32,000 bases of DNA, from positions 3,060,001 to 3,092,000 of the forward strand of contig NZ_RSDW01000001.1 of assembly GCF_003945235.1 (NCBI RefSeq), given 5' to 3'. The position numbers and the translations under genes were made by a program. The notes below the pieces were generated by a model. It saw only the letters and a list, made by a program, of their open reading frames with translations, had not been told where the DNA came from and did no database searches. The stretch's first letter is position 1; the number at the start of each line of letters is the position of its first letter. Below, one piece after another: positions 1 to 7,777 of the stretch. Source of the DNA: Edaphobacter aggregans. Its GTDB lineage: Bacteria; Acidobacteriota; Terriglobia; Terriglobales; Acidobacteriaceae.

Positions 1-1219
1 AACCCGCACCCTTCTGCGCACAGGCCACATCCTCAATGTAAAAACCGGAGCGGAACCCGCTGCCCAGACCATCATCATCACCGGCGATCGCATCACCGCC
101 ATCGCCTCCACGGCCTCCACACCCAAGCAATCCGGCGACACCGAAATCGACCTCACAAAATACACCGTCATGCCCGGCCTGATTGACGTGCACACGCACC
201 TCACCATGGCCAACAACTTCGATCCCTACTTCGAACTCTCCATGACGCCTGCAAAAGAGGCCATCATCGGAGTAGAAAACGCCAAGGTCACCCTCGAAGC
301 CGGCTTTACCACCGTCCGTAACGTCGGCGCCAACGACTTCACCGACGTAGCCCTCCGCGACGAGATCAACGCCGGTCACGTCCCCGGCCCGCACATGCAG
401 GTCTCCGGTCCCGCCCTCGGCATCACCGGCGGCCACATGGACGAAAACCTTCTCCCCTACGAGTACCACGCCCACGGCCAGGGCGTAGCCGACGGCGTCC
501 CCGCCGTCCAGCATCAGGTCCGCGAGAACATCAAATACGGCGCCGACCTCATCAAGATCGCCTCCACCGGCGGCGTCCTCTCCAAGGGCGACGACCCGCA
601 AGCCAGCCAGTACACCATGGAAGAGCTCCAGGCCATCGTCGCCGACGCCCACCGCCTCGGCCGCAAAGTCGCCTCGCACGCCCACGGAGCACAAGGCATC
701 CTCTGGGCCACCGAAGCTGGCGTCGACTCCATCGAGCACGGTTCCTACATCAACGACGAGTGCATCGCAGCCATGAAGAAACGTGGCACCTACCTCGTCC
801 CCACCGCCTACCTCGTCGACTGGATGCGCGAGAACGGCCATCTCCCCGCTCTCTACCAGCAAAAGATGACAGACGTCAGCGCCGCCATGAAGGCCAACCA
901 CAAGCGCGCCATCGCCGCCGGCGTCAAAGTGGCGCTAGGCACCGACGCCGCCGTCTACCCCCACGGTCTCAACGCCCACGAGATCGACGTATACGTCAAT
1001 CAATACGGCATGTCCCCGCTCGCCGGCATTCAGACCGGCACCATCAACGCCGCCGACCTCATGGGCTGGACCGACCGTGTAGGCACCATCGAACCCAACA
1101 AATGGGCCGACATCATCGCCATCGAAGGCGACCCGCTCAAAGACGTCCGTCTTCTCCAGCACGTCCCCTTCGTCATGAAGTCGGGCGTTGTCTACAAAAA
1201 CGAGACCAACAAGCAATAG
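1..1219 (+). CDS. Amidohydrolase-family metal-dependent hydrolase (5' end outside window)
   Basis: Frame 2 is open from nt 2 (TRTLLRTGHILNVKTG...IIITGDRITAI...) straight into listed ORF 170..1219, so the gene starts upstream of the window. It has the PGLIDVHTHL (HxH) metal motif, then VASHAHG, IEHGSY and ALGTDA motifs typical of amidohydrolase_1 (imidazolonepropionase/Xaa-Pro-dipeptidase-like) enzymes. Confidence 0.85.
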   Translation, partial: TRTLLRTGHILNVKTGAEPAAQTIIITGDRITAIASTASTPKQSGDTEIDLTKYTVMPGLIDVHTHLTMANNFDPYFELSMTPAKEAIIGVENAKVTLEAGFTTVRNVGANDFTDVALRDEINAGHVPGPHMQVSGPALGITGGHMDENLLPYEYHAHGQGVADGVPAVQHQVRENIKYGADLIKIASTGGVLSKGDDPQASQYTMEELQAIVADAHRLGRKVASHAHGAQGILWATEAGVDSIEHGSYINDECIAAMKKRGTYLVPTAYLVDWMRENGHLPALYQQKMTDVSAAMKANHKRAIAAGVKVALGTDAAVYPHGLNAHEIDVYVNQYGMSPLAGIQTGTINAADLMGWTDRVGTIEPNKWADIIAIEGDPLKDVRLLQHVPFVMKSGVVYKNETNKQ

Positions 1220-1240
1220 CCACCCGCGTGCCCCATTTGT

Positions 1241-1360
1241 CTTGTGCTATCAGCCTCTATCCCTCGGATCACCGTTACGCCTTAAATCCGCGCCCGTCCG
1301 CGCTCATTCGTGTTCGCGTCGTCGCCTGTTCTTAAATCGGCGTTATCGGTGACAATCGGT
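1241..1360 (+). repeat. Family-1 intergenic hairpin repeat, copy 1 (right arm + tail + diverged left arm)
   Basis: ggatcaccgttacgcc (1266-1281) followed by the ttaaatccgcgcc...ccgcg tail matches the copies at 2292-2347 and 3186-3240. ggcgttatcggtgac (1339-1353) is an imperfect reverse complement of the arm. It lies just 3' of the amidohydrolase gene. Confidence 0.6.
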
Positions 1361-1428
1361 GTTAAGCATTCGAGTTTCTGGACAGTCTCCAAGAAAGCCA
1401 CGCAAAGGATTCCCGCGCCTCGCGCCCC

Positions 1429-2172
1429 ATGTTAAAAGCCTCAGCCTTCGAGTTCCGCTTCCGCTTCCTCCTCCACGCCATCCTTTACGCCCTTGGCTTC
1501 ACCACGCCATGGAACCACTGGCTTCATCTCGACACCATCCGCACCTGGCAATATCTTGCCGCGATCCCTTCACGCGCAGGATGGCTCTCCTTCGTTGCCG
1601 CTACCAACGCAGTCCTCATCCTGGGAATCCTCTGCGCCCTCGCCGCCGCCCTTCTGCGCACCTGGGGCTCAGCCTACCTCGGAGCCTCCATCGTCAAAGA
1701 TGCCTCCATGCACGCCGATCGCGTCGTTGCTGCTGGGCCCTACCGTTATCTGCGCAACCCGCTCTACCTCGGCACCTTCATCCACACGTTGGCTCTCGCG
1801 CTCCTCATGCCACCGAGCGGAGCCATCTTCGCCATCCTCACCATCGGCTTCCTGCAACTCCGCCTCATCGCCGGCGAAGAGTCTTACCTCACCGAGCAAC
1901 AAGGCGCACCCTACCTCGCCTATTGCGCCAAAGTCCCCCGCCTCATCCCCGCACTCACCCCGCGAGTTCCCGCCTCGCCCGCGCAACCCAACTGGCCACA
2001 CGCCTTCCTCGGTGAGATCTATATGTGGGGCGTTGCAATCTCGTTCCTTACCCTCGGCTGGCGCTACAACGCCTTTCTCATTATCCAGGGCATCGTCATC
2101 TCGCTAGGCATCTCGCTAGTCGCACGAGCCTTCATTCCTGGCCCACAAGTGAATCAACAAACAAAGGCGTAA
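1429..2172 (+). CDS. ICMT/PEMT-type membrane methyltransferase family protein
   Basis: 247-aa multi-pass membrane protein. The GPYRYLRNPLYLGTFIHTLA motif is characteristic of the isoprenylcysteine carboxyl / phospholipid methyltransferase family. The last ~6 codons and the stop lie inside repeat copy 2. Confidence 0.75.
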   Translation: MLKASAFEFRFRFLLHAILYALGFTTPWNHWLHLDTIRTWQYLAAIPSRAGWLSFVAATNAVLILGILCALAAALLRTWGSAYLGASIVKDASMHADRVVAAGPYRYLRNPLYLGTFIHTLALALLMPPSGAIFAILTIGFLQLRLIAGEESYLTEQQGAPYLAYCAKVPRLIPALTPRVPASPAQPNWPHAFLGEIYMWGVAISFLTLGWRYNAFLIIQGIVISLGISLVARAFIPGPQVNQQTKA

Positions 2173-2347
2173 CAGTGATCAAAACGATAAGAACAAGATA
2201 AACGAACCAAACCGACAATCAGACGAACGAGATTACTCCACTCCTCATCCTCACTGTCCTCGTTTTGCCTTGCTCTTATCCGCTTTTATCTTTTTGATCA
2301 CCGTTACGCCTCAAAATCCGCGCCAATCCGCGAAATCCGTGGTCGCC
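2153..2347 (+). repeat. Family-1 intergenic hairpin repeat, copy 2 (complete, ~190 bp)
   Basis: Left arm ggcgtaacagtgatcaaaa (2166-2184) is the reverse complement, with 1 mismatch, of right arm ttttgatcaccgttacgcc (2292-2310). GATAA-rich extensions of both arms are also partly complementary. The conserved tail is tcaaaatccgcgccaatccgcgaaatccgtggtc. It is colinear with copy 3. Confidence 0.8.
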
Positions 2348-2414
2348 CCAAAGCGATAGCCCGCTGCACCCGGTAATGAATCAGGGGCGCAACGGGCTTG
2401 TCTTACTCCAGCAA

Positions 2415-2455
2415 ACGCGTTCAGCGTCGAACGCGTAGCCGGCGGGGAGGGCTAC
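2415..2455 (-). terminator. Candidate tandem-hairpin terminator downstream of HU gene
   Basis: Perfect 8-bp inverted repeat acgcgttc/gaacgcgt (2415-2422 / 2429-2436), overlapping a second 6-bp stem gtagcc/ggctac (2435-2440 / 2450-2455). It sits 16-56 nt past the HU stop on the minus strand. The U-tract is weak (only tttg). Confidence 0.4.
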
Positions 2456-2470
2456 TCCGCACTATAAAAA

Positions 2471-2767
2471 CTACTTCTTCACCGGTGCGATCGTGTCCTT
2501 CGCAACCTTGGCCACGCGGAACTTGACCACGGTCTTGGCCTTGATCTTGATCGTCTCACCCGTCTGCGGGTTGCGGCCCAGCCGAGCCTTGCGCTCTGCC
2601 TTCACCAGCTTGCCGATTCCAGGAATCGTGAACTCACCGTTCTTCTTGGTCTCCTTCACGGCGGTCTCTGCCAACAGGTCGAGGAAAGCTGCGGTCTGCT
2701 TGTTGGTCAGCTCAGTCTTCTCTGCCAGGTGGCGTACCAGTGCTGTCTTGGTCAATCCTTTTGCCAT
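2471..2767 (-). CDS. hup: HU-family nucleoid DNA-binding protein
   Basis: 98 aa. MAKGLTKTALVRHLAEKTELTNKQTAAFLDLL...FTIPGIGKLVKAERKARLGRNPQTGETIKIKAKTVVKFRVAK is a textbook HU/IHF fold sequence including the RNPQTGE arm. SD gaaggag lies 7 nt upstream of the ATG. Confidence 0.93.
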   Translation of the reverse strand: MAKGLTKTALVRHLAEKTELTNKQTAAFLDLLAETAVKETKKNGEFTIPGIGKLVKAERKARLGRNPQTGETIKIKAKTVVKFRVAKVAKDTIAPVKK

Positions 2768-3049
2768 GTGTTGCTCCTTCTAACTTTCTGAAATGTACTT
2801 CATCGGTCCGCTCGCCTGACCCGCTCGAAGAAGTAAATTGCATCCAATTTCAAATGCGGAATCACCAATGTTCATGCGGGTGCGGAGAACCGTACCGCAA
2901 TTCACCTTCGGCTTTTCTGCGTAAATTGTCAACCTGATTTCTTCGGTTTCCACAGGTTTTTTCCGGTTTTTGTCGGTTTTGTTCGAAAATAGACACATTC
3001 ACCCACCAAAAACCCGCCAAAATCGCCATTTTTGCGAGTCTGGCGCTCC

Positions 3050-3240
3050 ATCAAAACAAACAAAGGCGTAACGGTGACCAAAGAAAAAACAGGATAAAAA
3101 GAACAAAAACTCACAGCCAACACCATTCACGCCGAGTCCCTCCCGTGCCTCATCCCCACGGTTTTGCTCTTATCGGCCTTTATCCTTTTGATCACCGTTA
3201 GCCTTAAGATCTGCGCCCATCCGCGCAAATCCGTGGTCGA
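3050..3240 (+). repeat. Family-1 intergenic hairpin repeat, copy 3 (complete, ~190 bp)
   Basis: atcaaaacaaacaaaggcgtaacggtgaccaaag (left arm 3065-3083) pairs with ttttgatcaccgttagcc (right arm 3186-3203). The tail is ttaagatctgcgcccatccgcgcaaatccgtggtc. It abuts the 3' end of the DUF2461 gene (stop at 3244). Confidence 0.8.
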
Positions 3241-3243
3241 TCG

Positions 3244-3999
3244 CTAGAACATCGGCTTCCTCGGCTTAGGCGCCAGCGGAGCATTCAGCAAAGCAACCAG
3301 CGGCGCGGCGACCTTGAACCGCTCCACAATCACCTTCACCAAATCAGGCCGGGTCGCCGTCTCCGCAGGCAGCCGAGCCACCAGACCCCACTGTCGGCAA
3401 AGCAGCAGATCCATCGCCGGATCATCCGGAGCAAACCCCTTCGGCGCCCGAGTCAGCGGCATACCATCGTACGGCTCCATCAGCGACCGCAGCTTCTTCC
3501 CCGCCAGCACCGCCCGCATCTCCGCATGATGCTCCACGAGGTATCGCCGAATCGCCAGCAACTGCTCCCGTTCCGGCATAAAGACGCCCGCAGCAATCGT
3601 CACCTCCGTGCCGCCGACATCGAAATAAAACCCACCCCCCGAAGTCTTCTCCAACCCCGTGCGCGCCCACCAAGCGCCCTGATGAATCTTATAAGGCCGC
3701 TTATCTGCGCTAAACCGGATATCGCGATAGATCCGCATAATCGCCTTCTGCGGAGGCCGCACATTCTCCGGCGCAAACCCCAGCATCGCCTCATTTACCT
3801 CAGCGATCAGCGCCAGCATCGGAGCCTTCACCTCGCGCTCATACACCGCCTTGCGCGCCCCAAACCACTCGCGGTCGTTGTTCCGCTTCAACCCCCGCAG
3901 AAACTTCAGCGCCTCATTCGAAAAATGCGTAGCCATACCAGAATCGTAAATCCCACCTGTCGCGCCGCCCAAAAACTGCCCATCTTGGAGAGCGCGCAT
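3244..3999 (-). CDS. DUF2461 (TIGR02453) family protein
   Basis: FSNEALKFLRGLKRNNDREWF...MRIYRDIRFSADKRPYK...GGFYFDVG...GVFMPE are the family's signature blocks. ATG 3999 directly abuts the GNAT stop (ttt tga atg), suggesting coupling. The conserved core begins at the internal ATG 3936 (MATHFSNEAL), so the true start may be there. Confidence 0.8.
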   Translation of the reverse strand: MRALQDGQFLGGATGGIYDSGMATHFSNEALKFLRGLKRNNDREWFGARKAVYEREVKAPMLALIAEVNEAMLGFAPENVRPPQKAIMRIYRDIRFSADKRPYKIHQGAWWARTGLEKTSGGGFYFDVGGTEVTIAAGVFMPEREQLLAIRRYLVEHHAEMRAVLAGKKLRSLMEPYDGMPLTRAPKGFAPDDPAMDLLLCRQWGLVARLPAETATRPDLVKVIVERFKVAAPLVALLNAPLAPKPRKPMF

Positions 4000-4878
4000 T
4001 CAAAACATAACCGACGGCAACCACGCGCCAGAGGGCTCGTTATAGAGCCCGCTGCTCATCAGCGTCATCGGCTGAACCATCCGCAGACCATTGGCCAGGC
4101 ACCAGCGGAACAAAGCGCTGTTCCGCGACGGCACCAGAATTCCCGGACCGGCAAAGGATTCCACCGCCACGATCAACGCCTGCAGATCAAGGTTGGTCTC
4201 CGCCGTCGCATGGCCGAAGAAAGCGAGATTTGAGGTGTATCCAGTGATGCGGCCTTCGCGTTCGACAACTCTGGCCGTGCCTCCCTGGATCGACTGCTGC
4301 AAATCGGCACCTCGATCAAATCCATGAACACGGCGGGACAGAGCATTACAAGCACTTGCATCGGCAGGCTGGGCCGGTCGCACCGTACATCCGGGGACAC
4401 TCCGCTGCAATGTTCGTCCCTGCATGCAGGCAAGAGGCTCGCGAACATCGAACCCGATGCTTGCATAAAGCGAGAGCGAGCGGTTGTGAAAGGCAGCTTG
4501 TATTAGCCGGATTCCGGCAGCTCCTCGTTCGTTTGCCCGATCCATCACCGCCCGCATCAGCGCACGGCCAACGCCAAGGCCTTGAGCACTAGGGTCGACG
4601 GTGACTGGCCCGACACCTGCAATGACGGCACGTTCATCAAGGCAATTGCTTCCCACAATCCGGCCTTCGCTCTCGGCCACCACACAGTAGCAACCCGGTA
4701 TGGAAAACATCATCGAAAGCAAGCCAGTGGCAGCCTCTGGCCCAGGAAAATCGCAAGGAAAACCGTGCGTCTTATTAATCGTGGAGAACGCGTCGTAGCA
4801 AATCGGCCCGCACGTAGCACTGTCCTCCGGCACCGCAGGACGCAGCTCCAGCTTCGCTTGTGATTTTGGCGGCATCAA
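4000..4878 (-). CDS. GNAT-family N-acetyltransferase (two-domain)
   Basis: VVAESEGRIVGSN...VTVDPSAQGLGVGRALMRAVMDRA is the GNAT motif A (Q/RxxGxG/A), followed by an extra C-terminal domain. SD ggaaaggaag lies upstream of the ATG at 4878. Confidence 0.8.
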   Translation of the reverse strand: MMPPKSQAKLELRPAVPEDSATCGPICYDAFSTINKTHGFPCDFPGPEAATGLLSMMFSIPGCYCVVAESEGRIVGSNCLDERAVIAGVGPVTVDPSAQGLGVGRALMRAVMDRANERGAAGIRLIQAAFHNRSLSLYASIGFDVREPLACMQGRTLQRSVPGCTVRPAQPADASACNALSRRVHGFDRGADLQQSIQGGTARVVEREGRITGYTSNLAFFGHATAETNLDLQALIVAVESFAGPGILVPSRNSALFRWCLANGLRMVQPMTLMSSGLYNEPSGAWLPSVMF

Positions 4879-4913
4879 CTAGCTTCCTTTCCGGTTGCTG
4901 AAGTTATACCAGC

Positions 4914-5567
4914 CTAAGCGCCGCCAGCCTTGCTGATAAGAACATGCGTCGCACCGTCCCCAGCGACAAACCTGACACGGTCGAACCCGAGCTTGGAGAG
5001 ATCGATTCCCGAAAACAAATGTTCCCCTTCGCCCAGCAGAACCGGCGACATCGCTATGTGCATCTCGTCGATATAGCCCGCCGTCAAGCATTGACGAATG
5101 ACAGAGACACCGCCACCAATCCGAACATCCTTGCCATTGGCGGCGTCCTTGGCCCTTGCCAGAGCAGCTTCAAGCCCATCGGTGACAAAGTGAAACGTAG
5201 TGCCGCCTTCCATGGTGAGCGAAGGCCGCGCATGATGCGTGAGGACAAAAACAGGCGTGTGGTACGGAGGCTCGTCGCCCCACCACCCTTTCCAGGAGTC
5301 CCCTTCCCACGGACCCCGAACCGGCCCAAACATATTGCGTCCCAGAATCCATGCACCAACATGTTCAAACGACCGAGCCGCAAACTCATCGTCGACACCG
5401 CGCACCCCGCCCGCCTTACCATGCATCTTGCAGAAGCTCTCAGTTTCAAAGAACCAACGGTGCAGTTCAAGCCCGCGAACCCCAAGGGGATTGTTCAAAT
5501 CCTGCTTGGGTCCGGCACCAAACCCATCCACTGACACAGAAAACGCAGCCACTCTGACTTTGCTCAT
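4914..5567 (-). CDS. Dihydrofolate-reductase-family protein (RibD C-terminal domain)
   Basis: MSKVRVAAFSVSVDGFGAGP...WWGDEPPYHTPVFVLTHH...DVRIGGGVSVIRQCLTAGYIDEMHIAMSPVLLGEG matches the YyaP/RibD_C-type 'dihydrofolate reductase family protein' pattern. Confidence 0.8.
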   Translation of the reverse strand: MSKVRVAAFSVSVDGFGAGPKQDLNNPLGVRGLELHRWFFETESFCKMHGKAGGVRGVDDEFAARSFEHVGAWILGRNMFGPVRGPWEGDSWKGWWGDEPPYHTPVFVLTHHARPSLTMEGGTTFHFVTDGLEAALARAKDAANGKDVRIGGGVSVIRQCLTAGYIDEMHIAMSPVLLGEGEHLFSGIDLSKLGFDRVRFVAGDGATHVLISKAGGA

Positions 5568-5918
5568 CAGTTCTCCTTTTTCAGCAAATTGATTCTACAA
5601 AGTCCACAGCCTGATATATATGCAACGGTGGTAGGAATCACTTGTCGCGTCAGTGGCCACTTCAGAGAGGTGGACGATCAACCGAAAGTCGCTCTGCCGC
5701 ATCGAACTTGTTGCAAAGGACCAAAGGACCCATTCGAAAAACAAGAGCCCTTGCCACCTGGTGGACAGCGCCGCAACCCCTTCCGTCGCCGCAGGCCAAA
5801 CTGAAAATCATTCTTCGAGATGGCTAGCTAGAGGTGCAGCGAACAACGTCTCTTCTCCTCGCCAGTGAGTGGGAAGAAGTGCTTCTAAAACAAAGGCTGA
5901 AATGCAACAGGAGGAATT

Positions 5919-6953
5919 ATGGCTACAACAACCGCCGCAGTAGCAACAATGAAGGTCGCGCAGATAGCTAAGCCAGGAGCAGGTTTCCAGATCGTCGAGC
6001 GCGAGATCCCCACGCCGGGTGCAGGACACGTGCGGATCAAGGTGCAAGCCTGTGGAGTTTGCCACAGTGATGTGCTCACGGTAGAAGGCGCTTGGCCCGG
6101 TATCGAGTATCCCCGGATTCCAGGACATGAAGTCGCAGGCATCATCGATGAAGTGGGCGCCGATGTCTCCGCGTGGAAGAAGGGACAGCGTGTCGGTGTC
6201 GGCTGGCACGGCGGCCAGGACAACACATGTCGCGAGTGCCGTCGCGGAGATTTCCGCAATTGCCAAAACGTGAAAATCGCAGGCATCAGCTATGACGGCG
6301 GATACCAGCAATACATGGTGGCTCCCGTAGAGGCACTCGTGTCGATACCCGACAGCCTGAGCGACGTCGAAGCCGCACCACTCCTCTGCGCTGGAATTAC
6401 CACCTACAACGCCCTGCGACACAGCGGTGCCCTCCCCGGCGACCTTGTCGCAGTGCAGGGTATCGGCGGTCTCGGTCACCTCGGAGTTCAATTTGCGAAC
6501 AAGTTCGGCTACAAGGTAGCGGCGATAGGGCGCGGCCCCGAAAACGCAGCGCTCGCAAAGAAGCTCGGCGCGACCGTGTATATCGACAGCAAAGCAACGA
6601 ACGCAGCAGAGGAATTACAAAAGCTGGGCGGCGCACAGGTCATTATGGCGACAGCCCCAAGCTCCAAGGCGATGTCCGCGTTGATCGACGGTCTGGGCCC
6701 GAACGGCAAGCTTATCGTTATCGGTGCGACGTTCGATCCCATTGAGGTCACACCGGCACAGCTCATCATGGGAAGCAAAACCATTCAAGGCTGGGCGGCG
6801 GGCACACCAGCCGACTCTGAGGACACACTGCGCTTCTCCGAGCTAACCGGCGTGCGTGCCATGATCGAAACCTATCCGCTCGAACAAGCCGCCGAGGCTT
6901 ACGCGCGCATGCTGAGCGGCAACGCACAATTCCGCGTCGTCCTGACGATGTGA
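5919..6953 (+). CDS. Zinc-dependent alcohol dehydrogenase (MDR family, AdhP-like)
   Basis: VRIKVQACGVCHSDV...GHEVAGIIDEVG holds the catalytic Zn ligands. CRECRRGDFRNC is the structural Zn cysteine cluster. VQGIGGLGHLGVQFA is the GxGxxG NAD fold. SD aggagg lies 5 nt before the ATG. Confidence 0.92.
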   Translation: MATTTAAVATMKVAQIAKPGAGFQIVEREIPTPGAGHVRIKVQACGVCHSDVLTVEGAWPGIEYPRIPGHEVAGIIDEVGADVSAWKKGQRVGVGWHGGQDNTCRECRRGDFRNCQNVKIAGISYDGGYQQYMVAPVEALVSIPDSLSDVEAAPLLCAGITTYNALRHSGALPGDLVAVQGIGGLGHLGVQFANKFGYKVAAIGRGPENAALAKKLGATVYIDSKATNAAEELQKLGGAQVIMATAPSSKAMSALIDGLGPNGKLIVIGATFDPIEVTPAQLIMGSKTIQGWAAGTPADSEDTLRFSELTGVRAMIETYPLEQAAEAYARMLSGNAQFRVVLTM

Positions 6954-7001
6954 AGTTGGCCAACAACGGGCTTGCCGCCCATGACGATCACATCGTAATC
7001 G

Positions 7002-7676
7002 TCATTGCGGCAGCTCTTTGCCGGACTGCTCGCACATCATGTACTCCGCGTACCAGGCCGGCCAGTTCTCGTCGCGCTGCCCGCCCATGCGCTTCTCGTG
7101 CTCGCCGTGGGCCGCCTCTGCACGCCGAAGCGCACTCGCCAGATCATTCACCGACGCGAACGTCGTTGCCGCGGAGTCGATGCGCCCGGGCAGTCGCGCC
7201 GTGATCTCTTGAAACAGCCAGCCATTGCCGTCCGGATCGCTGAACGAAGCGAACGAGCGGTAGCTGCGATGCTCGGGATCCGGACCACTGACCCGCACTC
7301 GCCCAAACAGGTAGGGATCGTCCGGACCAACGTACACACCCTCGTTGTGGAACATCTCACTGACTTTGACACCGCGGCCGAGCAACTCGTCGCGGGCCGC
7401 CGTAAGGTCCGAAACGATCAGGTACAGACCCTGCGCGGAGCCGGGTGCCGCTGCGGTAACGTTCTTGCCGAAGATGACCGAGCATCCGGAGCCAGGCGGC
7501 GTGAACTGCACCACGCGGAAGTTGTCGGTGGCATAGTCGGCGTCGAGCCGCCACCCGAGGCTCCCGTAGAACTCCTTCGCCCGGTCCACATCCGATACGG
7601 GGATGACGACGATCTCGAGCTTCGTGTCGACTTTCGCGCGGCCCGCGCCATCACTACGCACTTCATCCGTGCTCAT
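7002..7676 (-). CDS. VOC/glyoxalase-family protein
   Basis: LEIVVIPVSDVDRAKEFYGSLGWRLDADY and a second beta-alpha-beta-beta-beta module (GLYLIVSDLTAARDELLGRGVKV) indicate the family. SD aggagg precedes the ATG. It is visibly more GC-rich than its neighbours, with both G- and C-ending codons. Confidence 0.8.
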   Translation of the reverse strand: MSTDEVRSDGAGRAKVDTKLEIVVIPVSDVDRAKEFYGSLGWRLDADYATDNFRVVQFTPPGSGCSVIFGKNVTAAAPGSAQGLYLIVSDLTAARDELLGRGVKVSEMFHNEGVYVGPDDPYLFGRVRVSGPDPEHRSYRSFASFSDPDGNGWLFQEITARLPGRIDSAATTFASVNDLASALRRAEAAHGEHEKRMGGQRDENWPAWYAEYMMCEQSGKELPQ

Positions 7677-7777
7677 GTTGCCTCCTGGTCGTATTGAAAT
7701 GTAACCGCATCACGAATGCTATTCCCTTTCGTTGCATGAGCTGTGACTCCCTCAGCGAAATGAGCAGGTCCGACGAG

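Noticed and set aside
760-2107. Long + strand ORFs 760..1335, 1359..2015 and 1493..2107, Arg/Pro/Ser/His-rich, overlapping the amidohydrolase and methyltransferase genes.
   Set aside because: They have low-complexity R/P/S/H composition and are alternative frames of clearly homologous genes in GC-rich DNA. They are typical frame-shadow ORFs.
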